From positions 271,436,001 to 271,500,000 of the forward strand of contig OZ024741.1 in NCBI GenBank assembly GCA_964016885.1: a stretch of DNA of 64,000 nucleotides, read 5' to 3'. The DNA comes from Eledone cirrhosa. Lineage: Eukaryota. This document shows, in pieces, positions 31,919 to 45,640 of the stretch (position 1 is its first letter; each line of letters opens with the position of its first letter). The position numbers and the translations under genes were made by a program. The notes under the pieces are model-generated. The model saw only the letters and a program-made list of their open reading frames with translations. It did no database searches and was not told the DNA's origin.

Positions 31919-32120
31919 TACGAGGATAGGTTGAAAAGTTCATAGGCTGTCTATGAAGGAGTGATACTAGAGCTATGAAATCTTACATGCATCAATTTCA
32001 ACTCATCTTCTTAATAACTGCATTGTTTCTTTCCAGGGACTATGTTGAAAAATAAACCTCATTTGGTCATTCCATGAGAGTATCTTGGTCAGCCTATAAA
32101 CTTTTCAGCCAACCCTCATA
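31919..32120. mobile_element. Mariner-type MITE
   Basis: TA-cgaggataggttgaaaagttcataggctg ... cagcctataaacttttcagccaaccctca-TA. Confidence 0.75.
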
Positions 32121-32369
32121 CATACATGCACACACACATACATGTTTATATACATAGATACATACACACATTCATACATATACACACACACACAACATAT
32201 ATACATAAACACACACAAACACACATTCATACACACACACAAACACACATTCATACATACACGCATACGCACACAAATACACATGCACACACACATACAT
32301 ACATAATACATACATGCCCGCTTACATAAATACATATATACATACATACATACATATATACGTACATAC

Positions 32370-32627
32370 ATTCCAAAAATTCTTCATCTAATGACTCCAT
32401 ATACACATGTACAGATACAAAGTATATACACATGCACACATATAACTCAAAACATCCACATCCATACATAGAATAACATCCATACCTGCACACACATACA
32501 TGAAGACATGCATACATAATCTACCTAGTTGATGTGTAAATTCCAATGAGAGAGTCTTGTGCCTATGTTAGAAACCAACTCTCTCTCTCTCTATTGGTAA
32601 AAATTTATAAAATTATAAAACCAGAAC
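32370..32627 (+). mobile_element. 3' end of the R4/Dong-like element, inserted in (CATA)n
   Basis: Reverse complement of 35535-35785. Confidence 0.75.
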
Positions 32628-33051
32628 ATACATATATACATACATACACACTTACATACATACATTACACACATACGCATGCATATATACATACATACTT
32701 ACATACATACATTACACACATACGCATGCATATATACATACATACGTACATGATGGCTGCTCCCTCGTTATCGAGTATGGCCATTGCACGAGGAGAAAAA
32801 AAAAAAATAAAAAAAAATAAATAAATAAATAAAAAAGAAAATAAAAATAAAAAAAAATAAATATATATATATATATATATACACATATATATATATATAC
32901 ATACACACATACATAAACATATACACACACACATACATTAATAACAATAATAATAATAATAACAATAATAATAATGACAACAATAATATACATATACATA
33001 TATATATACGCACACACATAAGCATATCTATACACACACACACGATAGCAA

Positions 33052-35345
33052 CTAACAGCGCTGCGATTGAATGTGGCTTTTTAGCCCAACCAATGATCTA
33101 AAATGTCTTGCACAGAGTCGGCAACCAAAACATTCACTGGGAATAGTCGGCTGTGGTTGGAGTTTGTGTACTTTTGCATGTCGCTTGAGCCCTCCTGCTG
33201 ATTTACATTCTCTTCCACATGTTTGGCAAGCATGATGAGTAGCATCTCCAACAGCAGCCTGGTAGTCAACCACTGGTCTTACTTTATCACTGCGAAGATG
33301 ACTTTTGAGTCCAGTTTTGCTTAGGCAGAGTCTCGCACAGACGCTGCATATCAGCACCATAGGAGGACCCTCGCCGTCTGGAAGTGCAACAGCAATGCCC
33401 TTCCTCACATCCCGCTTTACTTTCTCGTATGCGATTCGAGATGCCTCAAAGGCAACTTTTCCCTCATATACAGTCTTTCTCCATTTATTACGATCAGCAG
33501 CAATATTTTCCCATGTATCAGCAGAGATGTTAGCGTCTTTCAGAGAGGCTTTCAAGGAATCCTTATACCTCTTTTTTGGTTTATGTGGCGGTCGTTTTCC
33601 TTTAACCAACTCTCCATAAAAGAGTTGTTTTGGTATTCTAGAATCCTTCATCCTGGCAAGGTGACCACTCCAACGGAGTCGTTGCTTAAGCACAAGAGCT
33701 TCTATACTGTCACACATAGAGCTTTCCAAAATCTTGACATCACTGATGTGGTCCCTCCAGTGAACGCCATGGATCTGTCTGAGACACATCTGATGGAAAC
33801 GCTCCAATTGCTTAAGGTGGTGTTGATATGTGACCCAGGTCTCGCAGGCATAAAGAAGACAAGAGAGCACACATGCCCTGTACACCTTTACCTTTGTCCT
33901 CCTGCATATGTCTCGCCGACCCCAGAGTCCCCTTTCTAGCTTTCCGAAAGCATCACTTGCTTTCCTAATCCTAAGTGAGATTTCACTGTCAAGGTTGCTG
34001 TATCGATTGACAGTGCTTCCCAGGTAGACAAACTGATCAACCACTCCAAGTCGTTTGCCATACACATAGATGTTTGGTTCAGTGTACTGCTTACCAGGGG
34101 CAGGTTGGTACATGACGACGGTTTTCCTGAGACTGACAGTCAATCCTAGGGCAGTGCAAGCGTCAGAAAATGCATTCAAAATGTGCTGCATATCACTCTC
34201 TGTGTGCGCTACAAGATCGCAATCATCTGCATACAAGAGGTCTCTTATGATTGATGTAAATACTTTTGTCTTCGCAGCAAAGCGCCTGATGTTAAATATG
34301 CTGCCTGAGGTTCGATATCGAATGTAAACACCATGCTCGCAATTCCTGAATGCAATACAGAAAACCATTGCAAAGTATATGGCAAACAGGGTCGGTGCTG
34401 GAATATCCCCGTTTCACTCCATTTTTTACTGAGATAGGCTCCGACATGTTACCTCCGACATTAACCCAAGCCTTCATGTCGTCATGGAAAGACCTAACTA
34501 AAGCAAGGAACTTATCAGGGCAACCAAGTTTCTGGAGAACCTTCCATAATGCATCTCTGTTAACAGTATCGAAAGCTTTTGTCAGATCGACAAAAACCTG
34601 ATACAGATCCAAGCCTTGTTCCATGCACTTCTCCTGGAGCTGTCTAGCTGAGAAGATCATATCAGTAGTGCCGCATCCAGCACGAAAACCAGATTGACTT
34701 TCAGGAAGAACACAATCTGCAATGTGTGTCAGCAGACGGTAAAGAAGCACCCTACATAAAACTTTCCCTACAACAGAAAGCAATGATATACCTCTGTAGT
34801 TCCCACAATCATTCCTGTTACCCTTTCCCTTGTACAAGACCACCATTACTGCATCTCTCCAGTCCTCAGGTACGGATTCATTAGCCCATATCCTGCCACA
34901 CAAAGAGTGAAGATGTTGCAGGAGTCTCTCACCACCATATTGTAGGAGCTCAGCATGTATGCCATCCATACCTGGAGATCTTCCACTGTTCAGCTTCGAA
35001 ATAGCCACTGCAACCTCCACAAGCGTCGGAGGTTCTGCGAGAGCTACTTTCACAGGACTTTCTGGAATGAGATTGAAGAAATATTCACTGACGACAGACG
35101 GCTGATTCAAAAGATCATCAAAGTGCTCTCGCCACCTTCGTAGAATTCCTTGTGAGTCACGAAGAAGTTCTTTGCCATCCTTGCTGCGAAGCGGTGTCAC
35201 CAGAGAAGAAGATGGTCCATAAACCTCACGCAAGAGACTGTACAACAGCTTTGTGTTATTGGAATCTGACGCAGTTTGTATCTCACCAGCCTTCTCACTC
35301 CACCACTGATCCTTCATCTGAGAAAGACTCCGCCTAACACGCCTA
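33052..35345 (-). mobile_element. RTE (BovB-like) LINE, 5'-truncated, one frameshift
   Basis: ORFs 34292-35371 and 33052-34368 with NYRGISLL, PESQSGFR, FVDLTKAFD, LYADD and RLRWSGH; three C-terminal C2H2-like fingers. Confidence 0.92.
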
Positions 35346-35534
35346 ATACGTACATACATACATACATACATACATATGCAACTGTGTTTGTAAAGACTAC
35401 CAGAAGAGTCAGAGGCACTTGACGAGTTTAAAACTTCTTTTTAATAGTCAGTGATCTTACTCAGGCATGAGTTGACAGTCATCATGTGTGTATGTATGTA
35501 TGTATGCGTGTATTTGTGTATGTATGTATGTATG

Positions 35535-38500
35535 TTCTTCTGGTTTTATAATTTCACAAATTTTTTCCCAATAGAGAGAGAGTTGGTTTCTAACATAGAC
35601 ACAAGACTCTCTCATTGGAATTTACACATCAACTAGGTAGATTATGTATGCATGCATGCATGTGTAGATATGGATGTTATTGTATGTGTGGATGTGGATG
35701 TTTTGAGTTGTATGTGTGCATGTGTATATGCTTTGTATCTGTACATGTGTATATGCAGTTATTAGATGCAAAATTTTTGGAATGTTTTACATATTTTTAC
35801 TGTTCCATTAATGGGTTGTACTTGTAATTTCCTAACTAGTTGTGTTCTTTCTGTTCCTGTGAAGCCTAGCTTCTCAAGATTTGTATTGAGGCAGTTACTA
35901 ACATACTCCAGTGCCCCAATAATCACAGGCATAAATCTGAAGGTGTAATCAGGGTAGAGTATCTGCAAATTTTTCATCAGTTCTGCATAAATATTCTCCT
36001 TTTCGCTAATTTTTGATATTATATTAGTATCTGCTGGGCAGATAATTTCCACTACAGTGCATGCTCTCTTCGCCCTGTCCCATATCATAATATCTGGTCT
36101 GTTATGCCTGCATTTTATTGGGGTTTTTACTAGAACATTCCACCAGTACTCTTTCATATTGTGTACATGGATGTCTTCCACATTGCTGTAGCTTTTAATG
36201 TGTTTATTATCGGGGGCTATCTTTTCTACGGATTGCATTGTACAGTGTTTTGGCCACTACATCATGCCTCATAGGTAGATAGTACCGCGATGACATCTTT
36301 GGACAGCTGCTGATGATATGGGTGACATCTTCGATGTTAATTCTGCAGAGTCTGCACTTGTTATCACATCTAGGTGTTTTGCCTGCATCCCTATCTCTTT
36401 TGTGAATCAAGTATTTCGTGTTAATTTCCTGTTCTTGGATAGCAAAAGCATATCCTTCAAAATGGGAGCCAATATAGCGGTTGTTGATCCAAGATAGACA
36501 ACTTTCCTTATCTATATTACTATCACTCTGGAGCTTCCTGGCAACATATCCATGCATGATTTTTTGCTGATAAGCATGCAGTTTTTCATCCATGGATTCA
36601 CTGCGATACTGCTGAACGACTTCCCTGGGTGTGAGTTTTTGATTATCACACAGGGAATATCTCTCAAGGAGTTCCTTCCCAACTCTCATTATCTTATCTG
36701 TTTCATGCAGATAGACTTGCTCGAGAGACGGGCTCCTACGCTTCGAGGTTCGTATATGTTGTCGGAGGGATATGATGCGACATTCAAATGTTGTCTGGGC
36801 TAATGTTAGGCCTCTGCCTCCCTGCTTATGTTTCAAGTAAAGGCGGTCTATGTCACTGTTGATGTGGAAGTTTCCGGTGTTGTTTAGTATTTTTCAAGTT
36901 CCAACATCCACTGCTCGGATTTTGTCTATCGTCCAATTGTGTATTCCAAACACATTGTGAGCCACTGTTTTGTTTTGCGCAGAGAGTTCCGATGACCAAA
37001 TCTTTCTTAATCGGGTGTAGTATTCCCTGGTTACACGTTCTTTATTACAGCTACCATTATAGGATATGTTCTCATCTATCCCCAGGTATCTGTAGCAGTC
37101 CTCATCAGATATCAGTGAAACAGTTAGACCATTGATGACAATGTTGTTAGATTGGGTTGTTGTTTTTCCCTGCTTTACAGTCATATATGAGCATTTATCT
37201 TGGCCAAACTCCATTCCTATATCCTTTGAGAACGTTGTAACCAGGTCAAGATTTTTCTTCATCCCATCCATGTTCTTGGCATAGAGTTTCAGATCATCGT
37301 ATTTCTGTCCTCCTGTGAGCCAATGATGTATCCTTCACATTTCTTGAGCAGAAAGGACAAGGGGTTTAATGACAGGATGAATACTATCACAGAGAGACTG
37401 TCTCCCTGAAATATACCCCTGCGATATTTTATTTTATCAGTGAAAATAGAGTCCTCCCTCTCTGTCTTTAACCTTAGGATAGTAGCCCAAGAAGAAGACA
37501 GCTTCTCGATGGCTCTGATAATAATGTCTGGGACTTTAGCAAGTTGGAGGGCTTCTATCATCCAAGAGTGGGGAACAGAATCGAAAGCTTTCCTGTAGTC
37601 CAGCCAGACTGTAGCCATATTCCTCCTAAGATGTTGCACCTCCGACATCGCAGTTTTGTTGATTAGGAGTTGTTCAGCACATAGCCAAACCCCTTTCCTT
37701 CCAGCTGCTTGTTCATCTGTGATGATGTTATTATTTTCACAGTCATCTTGGAGGAATAGGTTCAGGCAGGCTGTATACATCTTATACATCAGGTTCTAGC
37801 ATGCAATGTGTCGGTAGTTTTTTGCCAAGTGGGTGTCTTTGTTCTTGAGGACCAGTAATGTTTGTGCTAATGTCAACCATTCTGGTATAAGTGTATCTCC
37901 CTTAAGAACTTGTTGGTAGAGGTCAGTAAGATACCTCCGATAGAATATCAGTTTTTTGTACCAGTAGCCGACAATCATGTCTCTTCCTGGTGTTTTCTTA
38001 TCTTGGAGTTTTCCTATCACAGTCTCAAGGGTACCCTCACTTATTTCGTATGTTTTTGTTGTAGTGTAGGAGCAATAGTTCTTTCGGATTTCTCTTAGCA
38101 ACACTGCATCTTGGTTTAAATTCTTCTTCTCACCCAATATTTTTATCCAAAAGGAATCTATGTCTTTCTGGGATGGGGCCTCAGTGACACTTATTATTGT
38201 CCTTCATATCTCTATAGACTGATGTTTGGTTCCGTCTGAATCTTTTATTAAGCACTTTTCCTTCATCTACCTTCTTCAGGTATCAGCGTTTTTCGCTAAC
38301 AGCTCTCAATTCTTGTTTGAGGGTGATCAGCTTATATTGAAGAGTTCTGGTTCTACTGTTACCAAACATTGTCTCTTTGTTGGTGAGGAGTGGGGTTTTT
38401 TTGTATTTGTTTGCATGTAAGGAGCATTGTCACATATCCTATGGTTTCTCGTAGGTCAGCAATCTTTTTTTCTATTTTAGTTATATATGATGGTATTTTG

Positions 38501-38760
38501 GGTGGTGTTTTGTTCTTGATATCTCTGCTATCACCAACATAATGCTTCACTGTCATTGCTAATGCATATAAACAGGCGTTGATTTGCCAAAATGTTGTGG
38601 TTTTTATCCGTCGTAAATATTCATCCCCTATTTCGTCAATAACACGTAATATTTCATTATTTGGTTTTTTATTAAATATTGTCGTTTTAATACGTTCAGC
38701 AAGAGAGATATTTATACATGAATTAATTTCTCTCTGGAAGATTTCGTTGAGAGAAATTTG
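35535..38760 (-). mobile_element. R4/Dong-like non-LTR retrotransposon, frameshifted
   Basis: DYRKAFDSVPH, RGIFQGDSLS, GGRGL, CRLC..HIISSC..RHD, HNRPDI..VVEI; flanked by (TATG)n. Confidence 0.88.
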
Positions 38761-38909
38761 TATGTATATATGTATGTATGTATATGCATGTATGTATGCA
38801 TGAGAAATTTGTATGTATATATGTATGTATGTATGTGTATGTATGCATGTATGTATGTGTGCATGCATGTAAATATGTATATGTATATATTTGTATATAT
38901 GTATTTAGG

Positions 38910-38982
<73 letters not shown>

Positions 38983-39452
38983 GTATGTATGTATGTGTAT
39001 GTATATGTATGTAGGTATATATATATGAATGTTTGTATGTATGTATATATATGTATGTATGCATGCATGTGTGTGTATGTATGCATGTATGTGTATGTAT
39101 GCATGCATGTATGTATGTTAGTATGTGTGCATGCATGTGCATATGAATGTGTGTATTTATGTATGTATACACACACACACACACAACACACTGTTATACA
39201 CCATCTGGGAATGTAGTTTGAAGTAAACAAAACAATGAAAAACATAAATACAATATATAATTGTTTTCGATTTTTTTTTTAAAAAAGAAAAAGAAAAAAT
39301 ATTTATCAGCAGCAGGAATTTTTAGGAAACAAACGTTTTAGAAATTAATTAACAATACATAATTAAAATGTTTTAACGAGGAAAACAAAACAAAAGTTTG
39401 ACCATAAATAGTGTTAGGCGTTAATTGGAGAGAGAAATAGGAAGAAGCAAGG

Positions 39453-40631
39453 TCAGTCTAGTAATAGTTCTTTGTCTTCTGATGAAATTTGACCATTTTT
39501 TTTCGACAATGTTTTCAACAATGAAGAGCTGTTTTGTTGTTTAGAAAGTTTCTCAAATGGTTCCTCTTCGAGAACTTCCTGTGGCACTGAAGAATTATCA
39601 GGTTCCTCGAGAAAGCCAGTCACTTCCATTTCATAGGCTCCGATTAGTTCGTCCTGTTTGATGAGGTAGAGAACAGAATGGGATGGCCAGAGAAGATGGA
39701 CAATGCAGACTGCCGAGAGAAAATTAGCAGCAAATGAGATGCTAAGGATTGTCTTATAGCGCCACAGGGCCGATATCTGTAAACTGACCATCACAAGAAC
39801 GGGCAGGTAGACAAACCATACTAGAATGCCTGCACCAAAGTGCTGGAAGAACAGCAAGCGCTTGGACTGCGGGTCGTTGAGGAATGTCCAACGGAGCTCA
39901 TAAAGGAACCAGAGCATGATGGTGAGGCGAAACACGAGGGTGAGATAGCCAGGGCCCGTGTGCCATTCGCCAGTGTTTGAAATAATGTCAATTTCAGTCA
40001 AGTTCCATACAAACAGGACAGCATTAAGGACCGTGTAGAGACCCCAAACTGAGAATATCACCCATTTACCTTCCAGGTACATGCTGGTGATGGCCCACCC
40101 TTTTGCGATTACAAGGACAAGAAGCATGAAGAGACACTCGGAAAGCACATCAATACCATTTCCCACCACAGCCAACCAATTCACCCCGATGCCATCAAAG
40201 GCAAACTTGATCACATGAACACAATTGAGCAGAATTCCTAGCGTCTCTAGAACAATTGTCAGTGTCAGCAGCTTGGTGACAGGGTGCTTGATTAACTTGT
40301 TACAAGCCCGTAGCCAGGTGCCTAGCAGAATACAATAGAGGAGCAATGCAATGAGGTAGATCTCAGCAACATCATGAAGTTCAAATGAAAACTGGTGTTC
40401 AAACGGGTTGATGTGCTTCATTGATGGATGACCATTCACAAGCCAGATGTCATACGCTATTTCAATGTCCTTGGGTGACTGCAGCCACTCACATTGTATG
40501 CTCTTGTTCTGGTCCTCATGGCCATTATTTCGATGACATCCTGCCAAGCTCAGGTACCAGAACCTTGGCCTTTCCAAATCTCGGATCCTGTATGTGAACT
40601 GAAATCCATCAATGACATCTTTCGGATCATC
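39453..40631 (-). CDS. GPR180: GPR180/TMEM145-like (GOST family) 7TM membrane protein, terminal exon
   Basis: Acceptor tttcAG|GATGAT on -. 392 aa to the stop with RPRFWYLSLAGC, YDIWLVNG, NPFEHQFSFELHD and AKGWAIT motifs and about 7 hydrophobic segments. Upstream exons not located; exact orthology is uncertain. Confidence 0.85.
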   Translation of the reverse strand, partial: DDPKDVIDGFQFTYRIRDLERPRFWYLSLAGCHRNNGHEDQNKSIQCEWLQSPKDIEIAYDIWLVNGHPSMKHINPFEHQFSFELHDVAEIYLIALLLYCILLGTWLRACNKLIKHPVTKLLTLTIVLETLGILLNCVHVIKFAFDGIGVNWLAVVGNGIDVLSECLFMLLVLVIAKGWAITSMYLEGKWVIFSVWGLYTVLNAVLFVWNLTEIDIISNTGEWHTGPGYLTLVFRLTIMLWFLYELRWTFLNDPQSKRLLFFQHFGAGILVWFVYLPVLVMVSLQISALWRYKTILSISFAANFLSAVCIVHLLWPSHSVLYLIKQDELIGAYEMEVTGFLEEPDNSSVPQEVLEEEPFEKLSKQQNSSSLLKTLSKKNGQISSEDKELLLD

Positions 40632-40929
40632 CTGAAATGAAGATACAAGAAATAATAGATTCTTATAGAACAAGTATTAAGAAATATACATTCTTATATT
40701 TACTAAAAGACCAATGATTTTTAAAAAGATGGTACAATGCAGTAGAACAATACGAAGGACAAATGATGACAAAAAAACAAAACAAAATAATGTTTTACCC
40801 AGTGTATTTAAACTCGAATTTCAGGGCATATACCCTTTTTTCATATGCGAAGCAGAACAGTTCAAAAACCAAACAATATGTGTAATTGAAGTATTCTTCC
40901 CTAACTAGTCTGTGCGTCTGTAAAATACA

Positions 40930-41070
40930 TGCGCGGAGACGCTATAGTAACCATTCTGCCTCATGCATTTCTGACCTACTATTTATCCTTGGTTTTATCC
41001 AGTTGATGATAATGGCCTCTTTAATCCTTAAATTGCCAATATTCCTTTCTGTCACCTCTATGGTGACAGC
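40930..41070 (-). pseudogene. PLE GIY-YIG C-terminal remnant
   Basis: Minus strand ERNIGNLRIKEAIIINWIKPRINSRSE resembles the EA.I...P.IN terminal motif. Confidence 0.4.
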
Positions 41071-41282
41071 AATGATTTTTTTTTTTCTTTTTTTGAGGGG
41101 GAGAGATCCAATTGGTTTCAGTCATTGACCAGAGCGGAAGCGAAAGGAGAGGGGTGGAGGAGTCATTGTAAAATATCCGCCCCTTTACAGAGTCTTCCCA
41201 TATCTCCTATAACACTGCACAAAATACTTCACAGCTCTGTCAATGTAGCTACCACTGCTTATTTCCATGTCAACCCTGAACA

Positions 41283-41518
41283 AACAGAGCTATGATTCAA
41301 AGACATTCCAAACATGACCACCATATCTATTTCTTCAACATACCTATGATTCAAAGACATTCCAGCCCATGACCACCACATCTATTTCTTCAACAGAGCT
41401 ATGATTGAAAGACATTCCAAACATGACTACAACATCTATTTCTTCAACAGAGCTATGATTCAAAGACACTCCCACAATGACCACCACATCTATTTCTTCA
41501 ACAGAGCTATGATTCAAA
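41283..41518. repeat. Tandem repeat of about 52-54 bp, 4-5 copies
   Basis: aacagagctatgattcaaagacattcc..atgaccaccacatctatttcttc. Confidence 0.85.
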
Positions 41519-41624
41519 TGAGCCTCCTGGCTTGAGACAGACTGTAGACTAGAGATTAGTAATGAGCAAGACTCTGAAAATCATAACTTTATATTATTTT
41601 TTTGTATTAATTTTTCTTGCAAAA

Positions 41625-42343
41625 ATGCACTAGGGGTTATTTTCAAGGTAGGGCTAATATTGGCGAGCAACATAAAAATCATGCTAGGGCTTATTTTGGG
41701 GTATATTTTAGGGCTTATATTGGAGAACAACATAAAAATCATGCTAGGGCTTATTTTGGGGGGGAATATTTTAGGACTTATATTGGAGAGCAACATAAAA
41801 ATCATGCTAGGACTTATTTTGGGGTATATTTTAGGGCTTATATTGGAGAGCAACATAAAAATCGTGCTAGGACTTATTTTGGCGAGAGGAATATGTTAAG
41901 GCTTATATTGGAGAGCAACATAAAAATCATGCTAGGGCTTATTTTGGGGGGAATATTTTAGGGTTTATATTGGAGAGCAACATAAAAATCGTGCTAGCAC
42001 TTATTTTAGGGGGAATATTTTAGGGCTTATATTGGAGAGCTGCATAAACATCATGCTAGGGCTTATTTGGGGGGTATATTTCAGGGCTTATATTGGAGAG
42101 CAACATAAAAATCATGCTAGGACTTATTTTGGGGTATATTTTAGGGCTTATATTGGAGAGCTGCATAAAAATCATGCTAGGACTTATTTTGGGGTATATT
42201 TTAGGGCTTATATTGGAGAGCAACATAGAAATCATGCTAGGGCTTATTTTGGGGAATATTTAAGGGATTATATTGGAAAGCAACATAGAAATCATGCTGG
42301 GCTTATTTTCATGTTTTAGGTCTTATAATAGGGGAAACATGGT
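41625..42343. repeat. About 60-bp tandem repeat ending in a pogo/Tigger-like TIR
   Basis: Unit gggcttatattggagagcaacataaaaatcatgctagggcttattttggggtatatttta. End ggtcttataataggggaaacatggta is TACCATGTTTCCCC on -. Confidence 0.75.
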
Positions 42344-44132
42344 ACTACTTTGTGAGTGTCAGTTATAGATTTTTTCTAGGAGCAGAGAGGTTAATTTGTA
42401 ACATTACTTAATAAAAAAAGGTTCTTAGATTAAATTACCATATTTGACAACTTATAAAGACACACCTCAATTTGGGCAGGCATTTCATACAAATAAATAA
42501 ATAAATGGGTTTAACTTTTTCACGACCATATTTCTAATGAAATACACTCTATTTTAATTAATTAATGAAGAATTTGGAGAGATTTACTAAAATTATTAAT
42601 TATTTCATTACTAAAATAGTAATTTAATGTAAGGTTCTTATATAAAATCATGTTGGAAGATATTAATTTAAATTGGAAATCTTTAAAACGGGTGATTTTA
42701 TTTCAGTTTGGTAACTAAAGGGTTAAACTACAAATGCCAGGTGAAGGGTATAAACTTTGTACATCATATTTTTTTTATTATCATTCTACATCATAATTCT
42801 AGTTGTAATATTTTAAGCAATATCGGTAGACAACATGCTTTCTAGCATAGGGGTATGCTTCTTTACGATCTGAGTTCAAATCCTGTCAAGGTTAACTTTG
42901 CTTTTCATCCTTACAGGGTTGATAAAATAAAGTACCAGTAATACACTAGGGTTGATTTAATCGACTTCCCCTTCCCCAAAAATTGTTGGCCTTGTGCCTA
43001 AATCAGAAACCAATATAATTTAGTACATTTTTTAAACATAAGGAAGTGTGAAAATTTAATTTAAGGACGACAGCAGCACTAGAACTCCACTAGCCAGTAA
43101 CCCAAACTAACCCCTGACCTTATAAAACACAGGGTGATTTTCTGTGACATTGTTTGGAAAAACAAGTGTGTGTTATAAGCCATCAAAATACGGTGGTATG
43201 TTTGGAAGGGTTTAACAATATCCATACTTGCTCTACATTATCAATCCATATTTAGGTGTCACAGTGCTAAACAGGGAAAAACAAAGAAAATAAAAGCAGT
43301 GAAGTGTTAAACAAGTTAATCAATACCACCAACACAACAGATAAACGGCACATGAGGTGACAATGATAAAGGAAGGGGTGTATGAGGGTAGAAAGAGAGG
43401 GAGGCAGCAGTAGGAGGGAGTGGAGGAAGAAATGGGCGGAGGGGGAGAAGTAGGAGTAGGAGGGAGAGAAATGGAAGGGTGGAGAAGTAGACAGGGGGAG
43501 GAGGAGGAGGAGGGAAGGAGAAAGAAAGAGGGAGGGGAGAAAGAAGTGCGAGGTGAGGAGGAGGGTATAAGAAGTAGAAAGAGAGAGGAAGAAGTGGAGG
43601 GGTGGAAGGGGAGAAATAGAAAGGGGTAGGAGGAGGGGGAAAGAAGAATTAGGAGGGGAGGGACGTTAGTTTTAAGAAAAGAAAATCATAAAAAGAACTG
43701 AAGTTAATCTGGGAGAAAAAAATTACAAAATCACCTGTCAACAGATGGCGCTATAACTTGGGGTTGGTTTTGTGTGTGTGTATGTGGGTATGTGTGTGTA
43801 TGCGTGTATGTGTAATGTATGTGTGTGTATGTGTATATGTGTAGTGTGTGTATGTGTAATGTATGTGTGTATATGTGTAAAGTATGTGTGTGGGTGTATG
43901 TGTGTGGGTGTATGTGTGTAATGTATGTGTGTGTATGTATGCATGTGTGTGTATGTGTGTGCATGTATGTATATGTATGTGTGTGTGAATGTATGTGTAG
44001 TGTGTGTGAGTGTATGTGTGAGTGTAAATCACCTGACAACAGATGATCCTAAAACATTGTGGGAAAAGTTTGAAAGGGAGTGATGTGAAGGGTGTGTTGA
44101 TAGCAGCATTTAGTTTCCTTTGTCTCTGTATG

Positions 44133-45075
44133 AATCATCATCATCATCACCGTTTTACATCCATTCTTCCACGCTAGCATGGGTTAGACGAGTTACCCTG
44201 TTGTAGGCAATGCCAGGTCAGGTGACCATGTCTTGCTCAAACAGAACTAATTTTGGCTTGGTTTCTACTGCTGGATGCCCTTCCTAACACCAACTCATTT
44301 ACAGTGAGTGGTGGGTGCTATTTTACCATGGTACCTACACGACCACTTTACAGTGTGAACTGGGTGCTTTTTTACCATGGTACCTACACGACCACTTTAC
44401 AGTGTGGACTAGGTGCTTTTTTACCGTGGTGTCTACACGACCACTTTACAGTGTGACTGAGTGCTTTTTTATCGTGGTGCCTACACGACCACTTTACAGT
44501 GTGGACTGGGTGCTTTTTTTACTATGGTACCTACACAACCACTTTACAGTGTGGACTGGGTGCTTTTTTACCATGGTACCTACATGACCACTTTCAGTGT
44601 GGTGGGTGCTTTTTTTATCATGGTACCTACACGACCACTTTACAGTGTGGACTAGGTGCTTTTTTACCGTGGTGTCTACACGACCACTTTACAGTGTGAC
44701 TGAGTGCTTTTTTATCGTGGTGCCTACACGACCACTTTACAGTGTGGACTGGGTGCTTTTTTTACTATGGTACCTACACAACCACTTTACAGTGTGGACT
44801 GGGTGCTTTTTTACCATGGTACCTACACGACCACTTTACAGTGTGGTGGGTGCTTTTTTTATCATGGTACCTACACGACCACTTTACAGTGTGGACTGGG
44901 TGTTTTTTTTTTATCATGGTGCCTACATGACCACTTCACAGTGTGGACTGGGTGCTTTTTTTTATCGTAGTGCCTACACGACCACTTTACAGTGTGGACT
45001 GGGTGCTTTTTTACCGTGGTGCCTACACGATCACTTTACAGTCTGGACTGGGTGATTTTTGTCACCTACACGAGC
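44133..45075 (-). repeat. SINE with an internally expanded 47-50-bp minisatellite
   Basis: RTE-like (GAT)n tail at 44133-44190, SINE core at 44260-44305, then about 16 units of ggtacctacacgaccactttacagtgtggactgggtgcttttttaccat. Confidence 0.75.
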
Positions 45076-45145
45076 ACTTTAAAGTGGGAGGGGGTTGGAG
45101 GCATGCTGTCTATATGCTTCAGCTTCGGCTTGTACCTGTGGGAAG

Positions 45146-45640
45146 TCAGGTCATCTGTATTAATGCGTAACGCCAGAGGTCTCGGTCCTGTGTCATCGCC
45201 TTTGAGAGGTGCAATTGGGCAAGATCAGCTTTTATCTCCTCATCCCAGGTCTTCTTGGGTCTCCCCACTCCAAAGCTTCCATCGACTTTTAGTGCTCTGC
45301 ACCTTTTTATGCAGCTGTCATCCTTCATGCACATCACATGTCCATACCAATGCAACCTCCTCTCCTGCACACAGCATTTGATTCCTCTTATGCTTAGTCT
45401 CTGTCTCTCAATTTGTTTATGCTTTGCCGTTCGCGTATATTACTATTACACATCCATCGGAGCATGCAAGCTTCATTTCTTTCCAATCTACACAAGTCTT
45501 CTACACACAGTGCCCAGGTCTCACTACCATGTAACATTGCTGTTCATATGCACGCATCATACAGTCTGCCTTTCATTTTGAGGGAAAAGCCTTTCGCAGC
45601 TCGCGGTGGTAGTAGCTCCCCGAACTTCTTCCATCCCGGT
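45146..45640 (-). mobile_element. RTE LINE 3' fragment
   Basis: GWKKFGELLP, KGRLYDACI, RRLHWYGHV, GRPKKTW; same family as 58300-59168. Confidence 0.8.
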
